A stretch of 64,000 nt of DNA, taken from the NCBI GenBank assembly GCA_016927655.1, contig JAFGMG010000001.1, positions 179,599-243,598 of the forward strand, given 5' to 3'. The position numbers and the translations under genes were made by a program. The stretch is from Candidatus Dojkabacteria bacterium (GTDB taxonomy: Bacteria; Patescibacteriota; Dojkabacteria; B142; JAFGMG01). Below, piece after piece: positions 40,399-50,356 of the stretch (positions within the stretch are counted from its first letter, which is position 1; every line of letters starts with the position of its first letter). Under the pieces are notes generated by a model. That model ran no database searches. It saw only the letters and a list, made by a program, of their open reading frames with translations, and had not been told where the DNA came from.

Positions 40399-41955
40399 AT
40401 GAACATGTACGATTATAAAGCTTTACTGAAAATTAATAAACCAGCAAAGTTCTTTCTGTCCGTTCTGATTTTCGCCAATTTGCTTGCAGCTTTTTCTATA
40501 ATCGTGCTTTCTCTTGTCCCTATTGAAAATCTAATCGGGAAAGACCCGATAACTGGAGACTATTTCCTATTTTATAAAACACATGGCTTCAAAACAACAT
40601 TCAATCTTGCGTGGGGAATTTATGGATACAGAACATTACAACTGAGATATTTGTTCCTTTTGTTTTTCAGCATAGCAGGCTTTTCAATAGGACAACTTTC
40701 TTATCCCAAATTTTTTAAAAGAATTTATGACAAATTAAGCAACATCTCGAAAATTAATTTAAATATTAAGGCACAATATCTTCTAGGACTTTTTATTGTC
40801 CTTTTGGTATTAGTCTTACTTAGAACCGATCCTGTAAAAAATGCATATTTTGCAGATGGTTCACAGCTCCCTAGAGAAATCCGGGAGGGGATGATATTCG
40901 CTGCAGAAATTCTCACTACTTTTGAATATGTTATCTTTGATAAATTCCTTTCAAGTTTTTATCCAACCCTCACGGCTTCTATGTCAATTGAAATAAGTGC
41001 GATTTTTAATGGCTTGATCTATGTACCGGCAGTGTATTTTCTCTCCAGAATACTAGCCAAAAAAAAGCAGGATTTCCTTCTTTTATTTTTGGGAATTATT
41101 TCGACTATTCCAATAATTAACTTTTTGGGATACATCGAGACAACTTCTTTGTGCCTTGCCATGATAGCAGCTTATATTTTATTTGGCCTTGAGTATCTAC
41201 GAAAGACCGAAATTAAATATTTTATGCTTTCATCGGCAGCTTTAACTCTTGCCATACTTGCTCATACCGGTGCAATTTTACTGGCTCCATCTTTTGGGCT
41301 GTTGTACCTAAAGGGGAATTTACAGAAATTTAAAAAAGCAGATATTTCAAAGCTCATATTTAACCCTATAAAAGCAGCTGTTATAGGAGGATTGGTGCTC
41401 TTACCTCTACTTCTGATTTCCTACAATTTATTCTATGCAAAAGGAAATGTGGGAAACCTTCAAGGAGGGGGAGATGGCATACAGTTTGTACCATTGTCCT
41501 TCGATTATGCTAACCCAGTATCGCAATTCGTCTATTATGACATGATATCTTTATGGCATTTTATTGATATTGCCTGGGTAATCGCTCTTTCAGCGACATT
41601 CCTGATCCCGGTAAGTGTAATTTATCTCTTAGCGCATTTCAGAAAAATCAATAAAAAAGCAATTTTGGACATGATATGGAATCCATCGTATCTGCACTTT
41701 CTTCTACTCACCTCACTTTTCACGTTTTTAGTACCATTATTGTGGAATCACGATTTTGGAGTCTGGGGTGATTGGAATATCTCAGCGACCTTTATGTTTC
41801 CAAGTCAAGTTCTGACCTGGTATCTTGCAACCCAGCTACTTGATAAACTAAAATCAAAGCAAGAAATGCCCCAAATAAGAGTCATCCTGATTAAGATAAA
41901 TATGATCTTGATGCAACTCTTGTTTTTCTTCGGACTATACCTGCAGCTAAAATAA
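40399..41955 (+). CDS. polytopic membrane protein, putative GT-C glycosyltransferase
   Basis: More than 10 hydrophobic helices with loop motifs (FADG, GYIE, HDFGVWGDWN); first gene of the run leading to UbiA. Confidence 0.45.
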   Translation: MNMYDYKALLKINKPAKFFLSVLIFANLLAAFSIIVLSLVPIENLIGKDPITGDYFLFYKTHGFKTTFNLAWGIYGYRTLQLRYLFLLFFSIAGFSIGQLSYPKFFKRIYDKLSNISKINLNIKAQYLLGLFIVLLVLVLLRTDPVKNAYFADGSQLPREIREGMIFAAEILTTFEYVIFDKFLSSFYPTLTASMSIEISAIFNGLIYVPAVYFLSRILAKKKQDFLLLFLGIISTIPIINFLGYIETTSLCLAMIAAYILFGLEYLRKTEIKYFMLSSAALTLAILAHTGAILLAPSFGLLYLKGNLQKFKKADISKLIFNPIKAAVIGGLVLLPLLLISYNLFYAKGNVGNLQGGGDGIQFVPLSFDYANPVSQFVYYDMISLWHFIDIAWVIALSATFLIPVSVIYLLAHFRKINKKAILDMIWNPSYLHFLLLTSLFTFLVPLLWNHDFGVWGDWNISATFMFPSQVLTWYLATQLLDKLKSKQEMPQIRVILIKINMILMQLLFFFGLYLQLK

Positions 41956-43283
41956 TGAGAATAATAGATAAAATCAACTCGTTTTATAAAACTCATAGAT
42001 TACTATGCTTGATTACTTTGGGGCTTGTGATTCGATTGATACTGTCTTTCGTAGCAAGACATACCTGGGATTTTTGGCTGAATTATGAAACGGTTGACCA
42101 GATGTGGGCAATGGGCGGCCCTAAGCATATATATGAAGCGGGAGAGATAATGATAGAAGGAGCTGGACAGATATGGTTTTACGGTCCGGTTGCAACTTTT
42201 GCGTTAGCTCTGCCATCACTAATTGTTGGGGGCTTCAATTCCTGGAATCACTTACATGTTTTCATTGGCCATCTTCCTTATTTGTTTTTTGAAACCATTG
42301 CTTTGCTTTCTTTTATGAAACTTACCCCTGCTAAATGGCAGAAACGTTTTATATTTATTTTGTGGCTTGGACCATTCTGGATTTATCTAAATTATGCTTA
42401 TGCTCAAATTGACATAATTGCAGCCTCCCTAAATCTGGTTGCTATGGCCTTTCTGATCAATATCTCACCTGAAAAATTTGCTCTCACCAAAAAGAAAATT
42501 TTATATTTAGCACTTGCAGGATTGTTTTGCGCACTTGCTTTGCACTTTAAGACCGGACATTTAATCGGAGTAGCTGCCTGTTATTGGGCTGTAATAATTG
42601 AAACAAAAAAATTATCCATCAAAGATATATTTTTAAAGCTGAGTATTTTTACTTCCTCATTGGTGTTTTTTGCAGGACTGATTGCTTTTGCTTCATGGAA
42701 ATTCTTTCCCGGATATTATTCTGCCATTACAGGAGGACCTACTAGCTACATTTTTGCAGATAATGCATTTGGGATTTCAACTATCTGGACAATAATAATA
42801 GTATTCATTATCTTGGCGATTATTCTTGGCACCCAGAAATATTTGTCGAAATCTTTGACACTTCCTAACTGGAAAATTATCTGTACTGAATTATTTGCAA
42901 TTGTGATATTTTGCTTATTTCTAGGAATGGATTTTCACCCCCACTGGCTTGTCTGGAGTCTGCCCGTATGGGTATTAATTGCGAAATATTCCGAGATTAC
43001 AAAATATTTTTACAGACTTCTCCTAATATATGGCACTTACGTTTTGCTCACGTACGACTGGGTGACTTCATATCGCACATTCGATATGATTTTGTACAAG
43101 GTTGTCCCAAAATATGATGTCTATAATTTTATCTGGCAAAAGAATGTAATTTCAGCACTTTCAATCAGATCTGAAACCGGTTTTCTTTTTTCCTTTATTT
43201 TCACAGCTGTTGTTGCAATTATTCTACTTTATCCCTATTTAAATGAAAGAACGAATAAACAAGCTAATCAAAAAATTAAATAA
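41955..43283 (+). CDS. polytopic membrane protein, GT-C (GT87-like) glycosyltransferase candidate
   Basis: LVIRL...HTWDF after TM1, YGP, AQIDI, FK, HPHWLVW motifs typical of GT-C enzymes. Confidence 0.55.
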   Translation: MRIIDKINSFYKTHRLLCLITLGLVIRLILSFVARHTWDFWLNYETVDQMWAMGGPKHIYEAGEIMIEGAGQIWFYGPVATFALALPSLIVGGFNSWNHLHVFIGHLPYLFFETIALLSFMKLTPAKWQKRFIFILWLGPFWIYLNYAYAQIDIIAASLNLVAMAFLINISPEKFALTKKKILYLALAGLFCALALHFKTGHLIGVAACYWAVIIETKKLSIKDIFLKLSIFTSSLVFFAGLIAFASWKFFPGYYSAITGGPTSYIFADNAFGISTIWTIIIVFIILAIILGTQKYLSKSLTLPNWKIICTELFAIVIFCLFLGMDFHPHWLVWSLPVWVLIAKYSEITKYFYRLLLIYGTYVLLTYDWVTSYRTFDMILYKVVPKYDVYNFIWQKNVISALSIRSETGFLFSFIFTAVVAIILLYPYLNERTNKQANQKIK

Positions 43284-45084
43284 AAATTTGTTTCTGTTTA
43301 TTACATTATTCTTCTTTGTCGGGACTTTCGAGCTGATTTTCATTGAACAGATGAAGCGGATTGGTGTGCACTATTTGATAGCCTTTTCACTCTCACTGAT
43401 TCCATTATATTTAGTTTTTCTTATCAAGTGGCATATTCCCGAGATCAAATTTCCTGTTCAAAAAGAAAAATTTGAACCTGCTTTTATCAAATTTTCTAGT
43501 TTGGGGATAGTGTTTTTGTTCTACGCGTTAATCTGCGTTCCAATATTTTTTGGCGGGAATAGATTTGAGATGTCAGTAGATTCTTTCTTATACCACAATA
43601 TGATTACACATAGTCTCACTTCTGTTACAAGTGTCTTCAGCCTCAATACATACGCCTCCGTATATGCAATCAGTTTTCAAAGAGGGGCTGAGGCAATAGT
43701 TGCTCTGACACAAATAGCTTTTTTAGGCAGACTCACCCCTCTTGAAGCTCAAAGTCTGGTAATTGGTTTTTTGTTTTGTCTCTCACATTTAAAAATGAGT
43801 AAAGTAGTCGGCGCGCTTGAATCTATGGTTCTTCATATTCTTATTCTTTCCGTTCCGACAGTGTTTCTGCAGTCACTCACTAATTATATCGATATTTTTC
43901 AGATACCTATATTGATTATTGCTTTATCTAGCTTGCTGCTTGCAAAATCCAAAAAGGAGATATTTATCGCTTTAATGTGGTTTGGGATATTTGGGGCAAT
44001 CAAACTCCCGGCACTTATGATTTCCATTCCCTTGGTCGTATTGATTTCATGGTACCAACACAAAAAACTTAATCTTTTATATCTTCTTTTTGCAGGATTA
44101 ATAATTGGCCTGATCTCAGCCCCGTTACTTCTTATAAATACCTTTGAACTTGGCAGCCCCTCCGCACCATATTCATTTCTTTTCTTTGGAGGGTGGGATA
44201 TTTGGAGTACGAATTTACTACTTAATCGCCCAGGAGTTTTCGAGAAAACATTTTTTGGAATAAAACTTAACAACTCCATTTTTTTGAGATTTATTTATTC
44301 GCACCTAAGACAATTTCTTATAATGAATCAAACTTATGATTCAAGACTAGGCGGGGGCGGGATGGTAAATGTATTCACACTTCTTTCTTTTCTAGGAATT
44401 TTGCTCGCAAAATTTACAAAGCAGATTAAATTACTAATAAAAAAGCCCCGGTATAAAATTTCGGTTTTTAATAAAATCGATGTGATAATTATCATCCCGA
44501 CAATTTTTTCTTTCTTTGTTATCCCTGATACCTACTGGTTTCGATACATGATAATCCCATTTACACTAATGATTTTCTACATAATGTATTATCTCAGCAA
44601 AATAAAATATTTACCCCTAAAACAAGGAATCTTGATAATTTTGGCTTTTATAGGTCTGGCTGGATTCTTTACCCTTAGGAACTTTTTAATTCCTCCAAGT
44701 GCTAGCAATCGGCAATTAGACACTTTTATAAATTTCCTGCATCATGATCCGGATCTCGAAATTCAATTAGAAGATTTCCGCAGTCAGACAAACGACTTTA
44801 AAACTGTCTTATTCATTGTAGATACAAAAAACTCCTCTGGAAGCATGGTTGGGAATTATGTAGCAGCCCTAAATCCATCTGCTACAATAACGTACAAAGA
44901 TGTGCAGAATATTCACGATTTTAATAAAGAAATCGCTCATTATGACGCAGTTATTTATTCCAGCACAACTTTTCAGCTTGATGATTACCTGGCGAAAAAG
45001 GCCGAATTCGAACAGGATGGTTATGGCGTAATATTTCTTGAATCAGTAGCACATCCCGATGCTCTTGTAATAACCGAAAATTAA
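43243..45084 (+). CDS. polytopic membrane protein with C-terminal soluble domain, putative GT-C
   Basis: VDSFLYH, YID, K, GSPSAP, YDSRLGG, WFRY motifs among many TM helices. Confidence 0.5.
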   Translation: MKERINKLIKKLNKNLFLFITLFFFVGTFELIFIEQMKRIGVHYLIAFSLSLIPLYLVFLIKWHIPEIKFPVQKEKFEPAFIKFSSLGIVFLFYALICVPIFFGGNRFEMSVDSFLYHNMITHSLTSVTSVFSLNTYASVYAISFQRGAEAIVALTQIAFLGRLTPLEAQSLVIGFLFCLSHLKMSKVVGALESMVLHILILSVPTVFLQSLTNYIDIFQIPILIIALSSLLLAKSKKEIFIALMWFGIFGAIKLPALMISIPLVVLISWYQHKKLNLLYLLFAGLIIGLISAPLLLINTFELGSPSAPYSFLFFGGWDIWSTNLLLNRPGVFEKTFFGIKLNNSIFLRFIYSHLRQFLIMNQTYDSRLGGGGMVNVFTLLSFLGILLAKFTKQIKLLIKKPRYKISVFNKIDVIIIIPTIFSFFVIPDTYWFRYMIIPFTLMIFYIMYYLSKIKYLPLKQGILIILAFIGLAGFFTLRNFLIPPSASNRQLDTFINFLHHDPDLEIQLEDFRSQTNDFKTVLFIVDTKNSSGSMVGNYVAALNPSATITYKDVQNIHDFNKEIAHYDAVIYSSTTFQLDDYLAKKAEFEQDGYGVIFLESVAHPDALVITEN

Positions 45085-45145
45085 AGTTGTGCTAAAAAAC
45101 CTTTTACCTTAGAATTAAACGCTCTTACTTTTTAAAAAACTTCGA

Positions 45146-46183
45146 ATGTCAACATATTTTATCACTGGCGGTTCTGGTTTCCTGGGGATTAACTTGATTA
45201 GATACTTACTCAAGAAAGGCCAGAAAGTGGTCAACTACGACATTGTTGAATTCGATTACCCAGAAAAGAACAAAATTAAATCAATAATCGGGGATATTAG
45301 AGATTATCCAAGCCTTGAAAAAGCCATGAAGGGTTCCGATATAGTCGTCCATTGCGCTGCCGCACTTCCTCTTTATTCCAAAGAAGACATCATGAGCACA
45401 GATTTAGATGGCTCTAGGAACGTTATGGATGCGGCTTTTAAAAATAAAGTGAAACGGGCTATCCATATTTCATCTACCGCGGTATACGGCATTCCAGATC
45501 ATCATCCACTTTTTGAAACTGATAAACTAGATGGAGTCGGGCCTTATGGAGAAGCAAAAGTAAAAGCAGAAAAAATTTGCGAAGAATATAGGGAGAAAGG
45601 AATGATCGTACCAATCATTAGGCCAAAATCATTTATCGGTCCAGAGCGGCTTGGAGTTTTTGCTCTGTTCTATGACTGGGCAAAAGATGGTAAAAATTTC
45701 CCTATGATTGGTAGCGGAAATAATAAGTATCAGCTACTTGATGTTGAGGATCTCTGCCAGGCAATATACCTTGCAGCCACAAAACCAGAAAAAGTCGCCA
45801 ATGATACGTTCAACATTGGGGCAAAAGAATTTACTACAATGAAAGAAGATTATCAGGCAGTTCTCGATAAAGCCGGACATGGGAAAAAAATTATCGGATT
45901 CCCAGCATGGCCGATGATTATGGCTTTAAGAATTCTTGAATTTTTCAAACTCTCCCCATTATACAAATGGGTTTATGAAACTGCATCGAAAGATTCTTTT
46001 GTTTCAATAGAGAAAGCGGAGAAAAAACTCGGATATAAACCAGAATACTCAAATAAAGAAGCCCTCCTTAGAAATTATGAGTGGTATTTATCAAATCTGG
46101 ATAATTTTAAAAATACCAGCGGGGTATCACACCGCGTACCTTGGAAACAAGGAATTTTAGGATTTATTAAAAAATTCTTCTAA
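45146..46183 (+). CDS. NAD-dependent epimerase (SDR), candidate polyprenyl-phospho-pentose epimerase
   Basis: TGGSGFLG, HCAAALP, ISSTAVYG, YGEAK, RPKSFIGPERLG; 1 bp upstream of the UbiA gene. Confidence 0.8.
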   Translation: MSTYFITGGSGFLGINLIRYLLKKGQKVVNYDIVEFDYPEKNKIKSIIGDIRDYPSLEKAMKGSDIVVHCAAALPLYSKEDIMSTDLDGSRNVMDAAFKNKVKRAIHISSTAVYGIPDHHPLFETDKLDGVGPYGEAKVKAEKICEEYREKGMIVPIIRPKSFIGPERLGVFALFYDWAKDGKNFPMIGSGNNKYQLLDVEDLCQAIYLAATKPEKVANDTFNIGAKEFTTMKEDYQAVLDKAGHGKKIIGFPAWPMIMALRILEFFKLSPLYKWVYETASKDSFVSIEKAEKKLGYKPEYSNKEALLRNYEWYLSNLDNFKNTSGVSHRVPWKQGILGFIKKFF

Positions 46184-46184
46184 A

Positions 46185-47060
46185 ATGGCAAAAATAATAT
46201 ATAGAATTAAACTGTTGCGCCCCCATCAGTACCTAAAGAATCTTTTTATCTTTTTACCTCTTTTCTTTGCGGCAGATATTTTCGAAATCAACCTCTTGAT
46301 AAAAGCAGGGGTAGCTTTTATTGCTTTCTCATTAACTGCTAGTGCTTGTTACGTGTTCAATGATTATCTGGATATTGAAGCTGACAGGAAGCATCCGAAA
46401 AAGAAAAAACGCCCCCTTGCTTCAGGGAAGATAAGCAAAAAAGAAGCTCGTATTTATATGGCAATTCTGCCTGTTATAGGTTTTATAATAGCGGCTCCTC
46501 TTGGAATCGCAGCAATTGCTATTCTGGCATGGTATTTCGTTCAAAATATACTCTATACCATCAAACTAAAACACATACCGATCATTGATGTTTTTATAAT
46601 TGCTTTGGGTTTTGTTATTAGAATCCTTATTGGTGGTGCTGCAACTGGAGAAGAAATTTCCATGTGGATTATTATTATGACATTTCTGCTTGCTCTATTC
46701 CTGGGACTGGCAAAAAGAAGAGACGATGTCGTTCTTTACAAAACTACAGGTAAAAAAATGCGAAAAGCTGTAGATGGATACAACTTAGTTTTCCTTGATA
46801 CCACAATGATTATGATGACCTCGGTCGTACTGGTTGCCTACATAATGTACACGGTCACTCCCGAAGCGATAGCGAAATTCGGGACAGACAAACTCTACAT
46901 AACTACAATCTTTGTCCTTCTTGGAATCATGAGATATCTCCAAATTACACTTGTTGAAAAGAATAGTGGTTCACCAACCGAAATTCTCATGAAAGACCGA
47001 ATAGTACAACTTGCATTAACCGGCTGGCTGCTCACTTTTGGAATTATAATCTACGTGTAG
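46185..47060 (+). CDS. polyprenyl-phosphate phosphoribosyltransferase (DPPR-synthase type, UbiA family)
   Basis: LLRPHQYLKNLFIFLP, YVFNDYLDIEADRKHPKKKKRPLASG, LKH, KRR, GSPTEI. Confidence 0.88.
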   Translation: MAKIIYRIKLLRPHQYLKNLFIFLPLFFAADIFEINLLIKAGVAFIAFSLTASACYVFNDYLDIEADRKHPKKKKRPLASGKISKKEARIYMAILPVIGFIIAAPLGIAAIAILAWYFVQNILYTIKLKHIPIIDVFIIALGFVIRILIGGAATGEEISMWIIIMTFLLALFLGLAKRRDDVVLYKTTGKKMRKAVDGYNLVFLDTTMIMMTSVVLVAYIMYTVTPEAIAKFGTDKLYITTIFVLLGIMRYLQITLVEKNSGSPTEILMKDRIVQLALTGWLLTFGIIIYV

Positions 47061-47063
47061 TGC

Positions 47064-47666
47064 ATGAAAAATAAATCAACAATTGCAGTATTTGATTTTG
47101 ATGGGACTATTACAAATCGAGACAGTTTGATCGATTTTATTATTTTTTCAAATGGCTATTTGAAATTCCTAGTTGGAATATTCGCGAATTCTCCTTTTTT
47201 GATTTTGTATAAACTCGGGCTTTATCCAAACGACAAAACTAAGGGAAAGTTCTTCAGCTTTTTCTTTAGAGGAATGAATTCTCAGGAATTTATTGATAAA
47301 TCACAAAAGTATTCTCTGGAAAAGCTTGGAAGAATAATTCGGCCTGAGGCACTTGATCGTATCAACTGGCACAAAAAGCAGACTCATAAAGTCTTAGTAT
47401 TGAGTGCATCTGCTGAAAACTGGGTGAGGCCGTGGGCAAAAAAAGAAGGACTTGATGTGATTGGCACCAAAGTTGAAATTTCCAATTCAAAACTCACCGG
47501 CAATTTCGCCACGAATAATTGTTTTGGGCAAGAGAAAGTGCGAAGGCTGCTCGAGAGATACCCAGCAAGAGATCAGTATACTATATATGCTTATGGTGAC
47601 AGCAAAGGAGATAGGGAGTTACTCGAACTTGCTGATCATGCTTTTTACAAAATGTTTGGTGAATAA
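47064..47666 (+). CDS. HAD-IB family phosphatase
   Basis: FDFDGTIT, LSAS, NCFGQEKV, YGDSKGD. Confidence 0.88.
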   Translation: MKNKSTIAVFDFDGTITNRDSLIDFIIFSNGYLKFLVGIFANSPFLILYKLGLYPNDKTKGKFFSFFFRGMNSQEFIDKSQKYSLEKLGRIIRPEALDRINWHKKQTHKVLVLSASAENWVRPWAKKEGLDVIGTKVEISNSKLTGNFATNNCFGQEKVRRLLERYPARDQYTIYAYGDSKGDRELLELADHAFYKMFGE

Positions 47667-48090
47667 AATATATCTAGCCTCAGATCATGGTGGACTTGGA
47701 TTAAAGATGAAAATAATCGAATATTTAAAGGAGGCTGATATTAAAATAGAGGATCTTGGCACAAATTCATCTGATTCGGTGGACTATCCCGATTTTGCAC
47801 ATAAACTTTGCAAAAAAGTCCTTAGAAACAAGAGTAGCCAGGGAATTTTATTCTGCGGAACAGGGCTTGGTATGTCCATTGCAGCAAATAGATATAAGGG
47901 CATTAGAGCAGCGCTGTGCCATGATCATTTCACAGCGGCAATGAGTAAAAAGCACAATGATTCAAATGTTTTATGCATTGGAGGCAGAACAACGGGAGAA
48001 GAAACAGCCAAAGATATTGTCAAAACCTGGCTGGAAAGCACCTTCGAGGAAGGGAGGCACACAAGAAGATTGGGAAAAATCGAAATTTAA
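47659..48090 (+). CDS. rpiB: ribose-5-phosphate isomerase B
   Basis: ASDHGG, SVDYPD, CGTGLGMSIAAN, HNDSNVL, GRHTRR; GTG start at 47659 overlapping the end of the HAD gene. Confidence 0.93.
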   Translation: MNKIYLASDHGGLGLKMKIIEYLKEADIKIEDLGTNSSDSVDYPDFAHKLCKKVLRNKSSQGILFCGTGLGMSIAANRYKGIRAALCHDHFTAAMSKKHNDSNVLCIGGRTTGEETAKDIVKTWLESTFEEGRHTRRLGKIEI

Positions 48091-48111
48091 AATTTTTTAC
48101 AATCTCTTCAA

Positions 48112-49008
48112 ATGAAAAATGCAATGATAATTTCAGGTTCGTCGAATAATTCATTAGCGAAATCAATCTCGAAATATTCAAAAATACCAATCGGTAAAAC
48201 TAAAGTCGAGAATTTCCCAAACAAGGAAATTAGAATTTTGATAAAGGAAGATCTGAAAGAAAAAAATGTGTTTCTAGTACAAGCTACAAACGGCAGAGTA
48301 AATAGCTACATCATTGAACTTGCTCTACTTGCTGATGCAGCTAAAAGGTGTGGAGCAAAAAAAATCATAGCTATTATTCCATGGCTAGGATACTCACCCC
48401 AGGATAAAGTTTTTAGAAAAGGCGAACCATTATCTTCGAAGGTGATAGTAAAAATGCTTGAAAGTACTCAAATCGATAAGTTTATTTTAATCGATGTTCA
48501 CTCAAAGCTTGTTTTAAAGATGTTTACTAAACCTGTCGTACATTTAAGCGCAATGCCTGTTTTTGTCGAGCATTTTAAAGGCAAACTTGAAAAAACATCC
48601 TGGGTTTCTGTCGCACTCGATAAAGGTGCGCGGGAAAGAGCAAAGCTTTTCTCGAAAGAGCTAGGACTTCCGCTGGTTCAATTTGATAAGGAGCGGGACT
48701 TGAAAACCGGTGAGGTAAAATTCAAAAAACTCGAAGGGAATGTGAAAGGAAAAAATGTAATTTCATTTGACGATTTTGTAAGTACTGGCGGGACAAGAAT
48801 CCAGGCTAGCAAGCTGCTGAAACAACAGGGAGCAAAAAAATATATTGACTGTGTAACTCACCTAATCGTCCCGGAAACTACAAGAAAATTCCCGGCTTCA
48901 AAGATCGATGAGATTTATATTACCAACACAATACATTTGGATACAAAATTTAAAACTAAAAAATTACATGTACTAGATATTGGGAAATTAATTGCGAGAG
49001 GTATTTAA
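48112..49008 (+). CDS. prs: ribose-phosphate pyrophosphokinase (PRPP synthetase)
   Basis: FPNKE, PWLGYSPQDK, GEPLS, DVHS, DKGA, DDFVSTGGT PRPP-binding loop, TNT. Confidence 0.9.
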   Translation: MKNAMIISGSSNNSLAKSISKYSKIPIGKTKVENFPNKEIRILIKEDLKEKNVFLVQATNGRVNSYIIELALLADAAKRCGAKKIIAIIPWLGYSPQDKVFRKGEPLSSKVIVKMLESTQIDKFILIDVHSKLVLKMFTKPVVHLSAMPVFVEHFKGKLEKTSWVSVALDKGARERAKLFSKELGLPLVQFDKERDLKTGEVKFKKLEGNVKGKNVISFDDFVSTGGTRIQASKLLKQQGAKKYIDCVTHLIVPETTRKFPASKIDEIYITNTIHLDTKFKTKKLHVLDIGKLIARGI

Positions 49009-49017
49009 TGCAAGGAA

Positions 49018-50313
49018 CTAGACATCATCAACATCCAGTCCAAGAGATCTTATAACATTTTCTCTACAGATTTGAGAGCTGGTTTTAATCGCTTTGGCTA
49101 CCGCTCTTTTAGCGTCTTCTGGTTTACAAACTTTTATCCATTTAGGATCAACAACCTCATTCCAATATTCTCCGCTCTCAGGCAAAGAAATATCATACCG
49201 TGTATCCTGGGGAAAAGGAGATTTGATTTTATCCAGAATGTGTATGCCTGTAGGCAAGTTCTGCTGGAACCAAGAATAGGCCTTTACCTCATGCTCCTGA
49301 AAGGGTCTCAATAAAACGACTTCCAACCCTAATGCTGCTAGCCATTGATTCTGATTTGGTCTAGTAATAACCGTCGTAAGAGATTTATCTTTAAGTGCCT
49401 CTATAAAAGCATCGACTTCAGAATCCCTATCGTCGTGACTTTCAATCTCAATTTTGTATTCTCTTAGCATATCTTCATCCGTTTGATATTTAACTTTTAC
49501 ATTTTTGTTCCTTAGCACATTTAAAATCATTTCTTTCAGTTCACCTTGATCAGGTCCTAAAATAACCTTAGTTTGAATCCCCTGCCCAACCAAGTAGTCT
49601 ACGCTTTCTAGTACCTGTTCTCTTTCTGGCATAGATCCCCCAACGGTTATTAAAGCTTTCCTTTCCACTTTCTTCCCTTCATCAATTAATTCTGTGATAT
49701 TATGCTTCCTTTCTTCATAAGCCACAAATATATCTTCATCAACTATTAGTCCCGTCTCAATAATCCTATTCTCACCAATTCCCTGATGTATCAAACTATT
49801 CGTTGCAGTTTTATTAGGAGTGAGAAAAACCATGTGACCATCTATGATCTGGGGGGAGATTCCTTTCGGGAACATATCAATTTCTAAACGTACTGTCGCG
49901 ATTTGTTTCTTCTGTAAAACCCCCTCAGGGATCTCCACAAGAGGCATTGTATGAGAAGATATAATAGCATCAGGCAATTCTTCAGCATCAAGATCAAGAA
50001 GAGCTTGCCTGTATTCTCCCATTAGCGCACCTATTATAATCGGATTAGTTCTAACGAAACTTACAGCTCTATCTTTAAAACGATCAATAACTCCATATCT
50101 TGACTGATAGGCTGTTGGCGTACTAGCAATTTTCTTAGGGAACTCAACAAATAATTCCCAGGCTAAATTCCCAGATGAAAATTGCGGCTCTTCAGTTCCC
50201 CTTTCATCATGAAATAGTCCGTTTGAAAGCGACATAAAATATTCGTGACCACTACTTGTTTTTATTCCCGGGATATATCTTTCTACTGAAAGATTCTCAT
50301 GAGCACAATTCAT
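49018..50313 (-). CDS. hypothetical protein, divergent GT-B/GT28 (UgtP/MGDG-synthase-like) candidate
   Basis: PDAIISSHTMP, LIHQGIGENRIIETGLIV, LITVGGS, VITRP recall diacylglycerol glycosyltransferases; weak. Confidence 0.4.
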   Translation of the reverse strand: MNCAHENLSVERYIPGIKTSSGHEYFMSLSNGLFHDERGTEEPQFSSGNLAWELFVEFPKKIASTPTAYQSRYGVIDRFKDRAVSFVRTNPIIIGALMGEYRQALLDLDAEELPDAIISSHTMPLVEIPEGVLQKKQIATVRLEIDMFPKGISPQIIDGHMVFLTPNKTATNSLIHQGIGENRIIETGLIVDEDIFVAYEERKHNITELIDEGKKVERKALITVGGSMPEREQVLESVDYLVGQGIQTKVILGPDQGELKEMILNVLRNKNVKVKYQTDEDMLREYKIEIESHDDRDSEVDAFIEALKDKSLTTVITRPNQNQWLAALGLEVVLLRPFQEHEVKAYSWFQQNLPTGIHILDKIKSPFPQDTRYDISLPESGEYWNEVVDPKWIKVCKPEDAKRAVAKAIKTSSQICRENVIRSLGLDVDDV

Positions 50314-50356
50314 ATTCAATTTGAAAAATATATTTCCTATTATATTATAAATATAG

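Noticed and set aside
47461..47658. N-terminal extensions in the ORF track (rpiB 47461, rmlA 4906, GT 32270, ileS 54030)
   Set aside because: They overlap neighbouring genes or promoters, and family motifs begin at the downstream starts.
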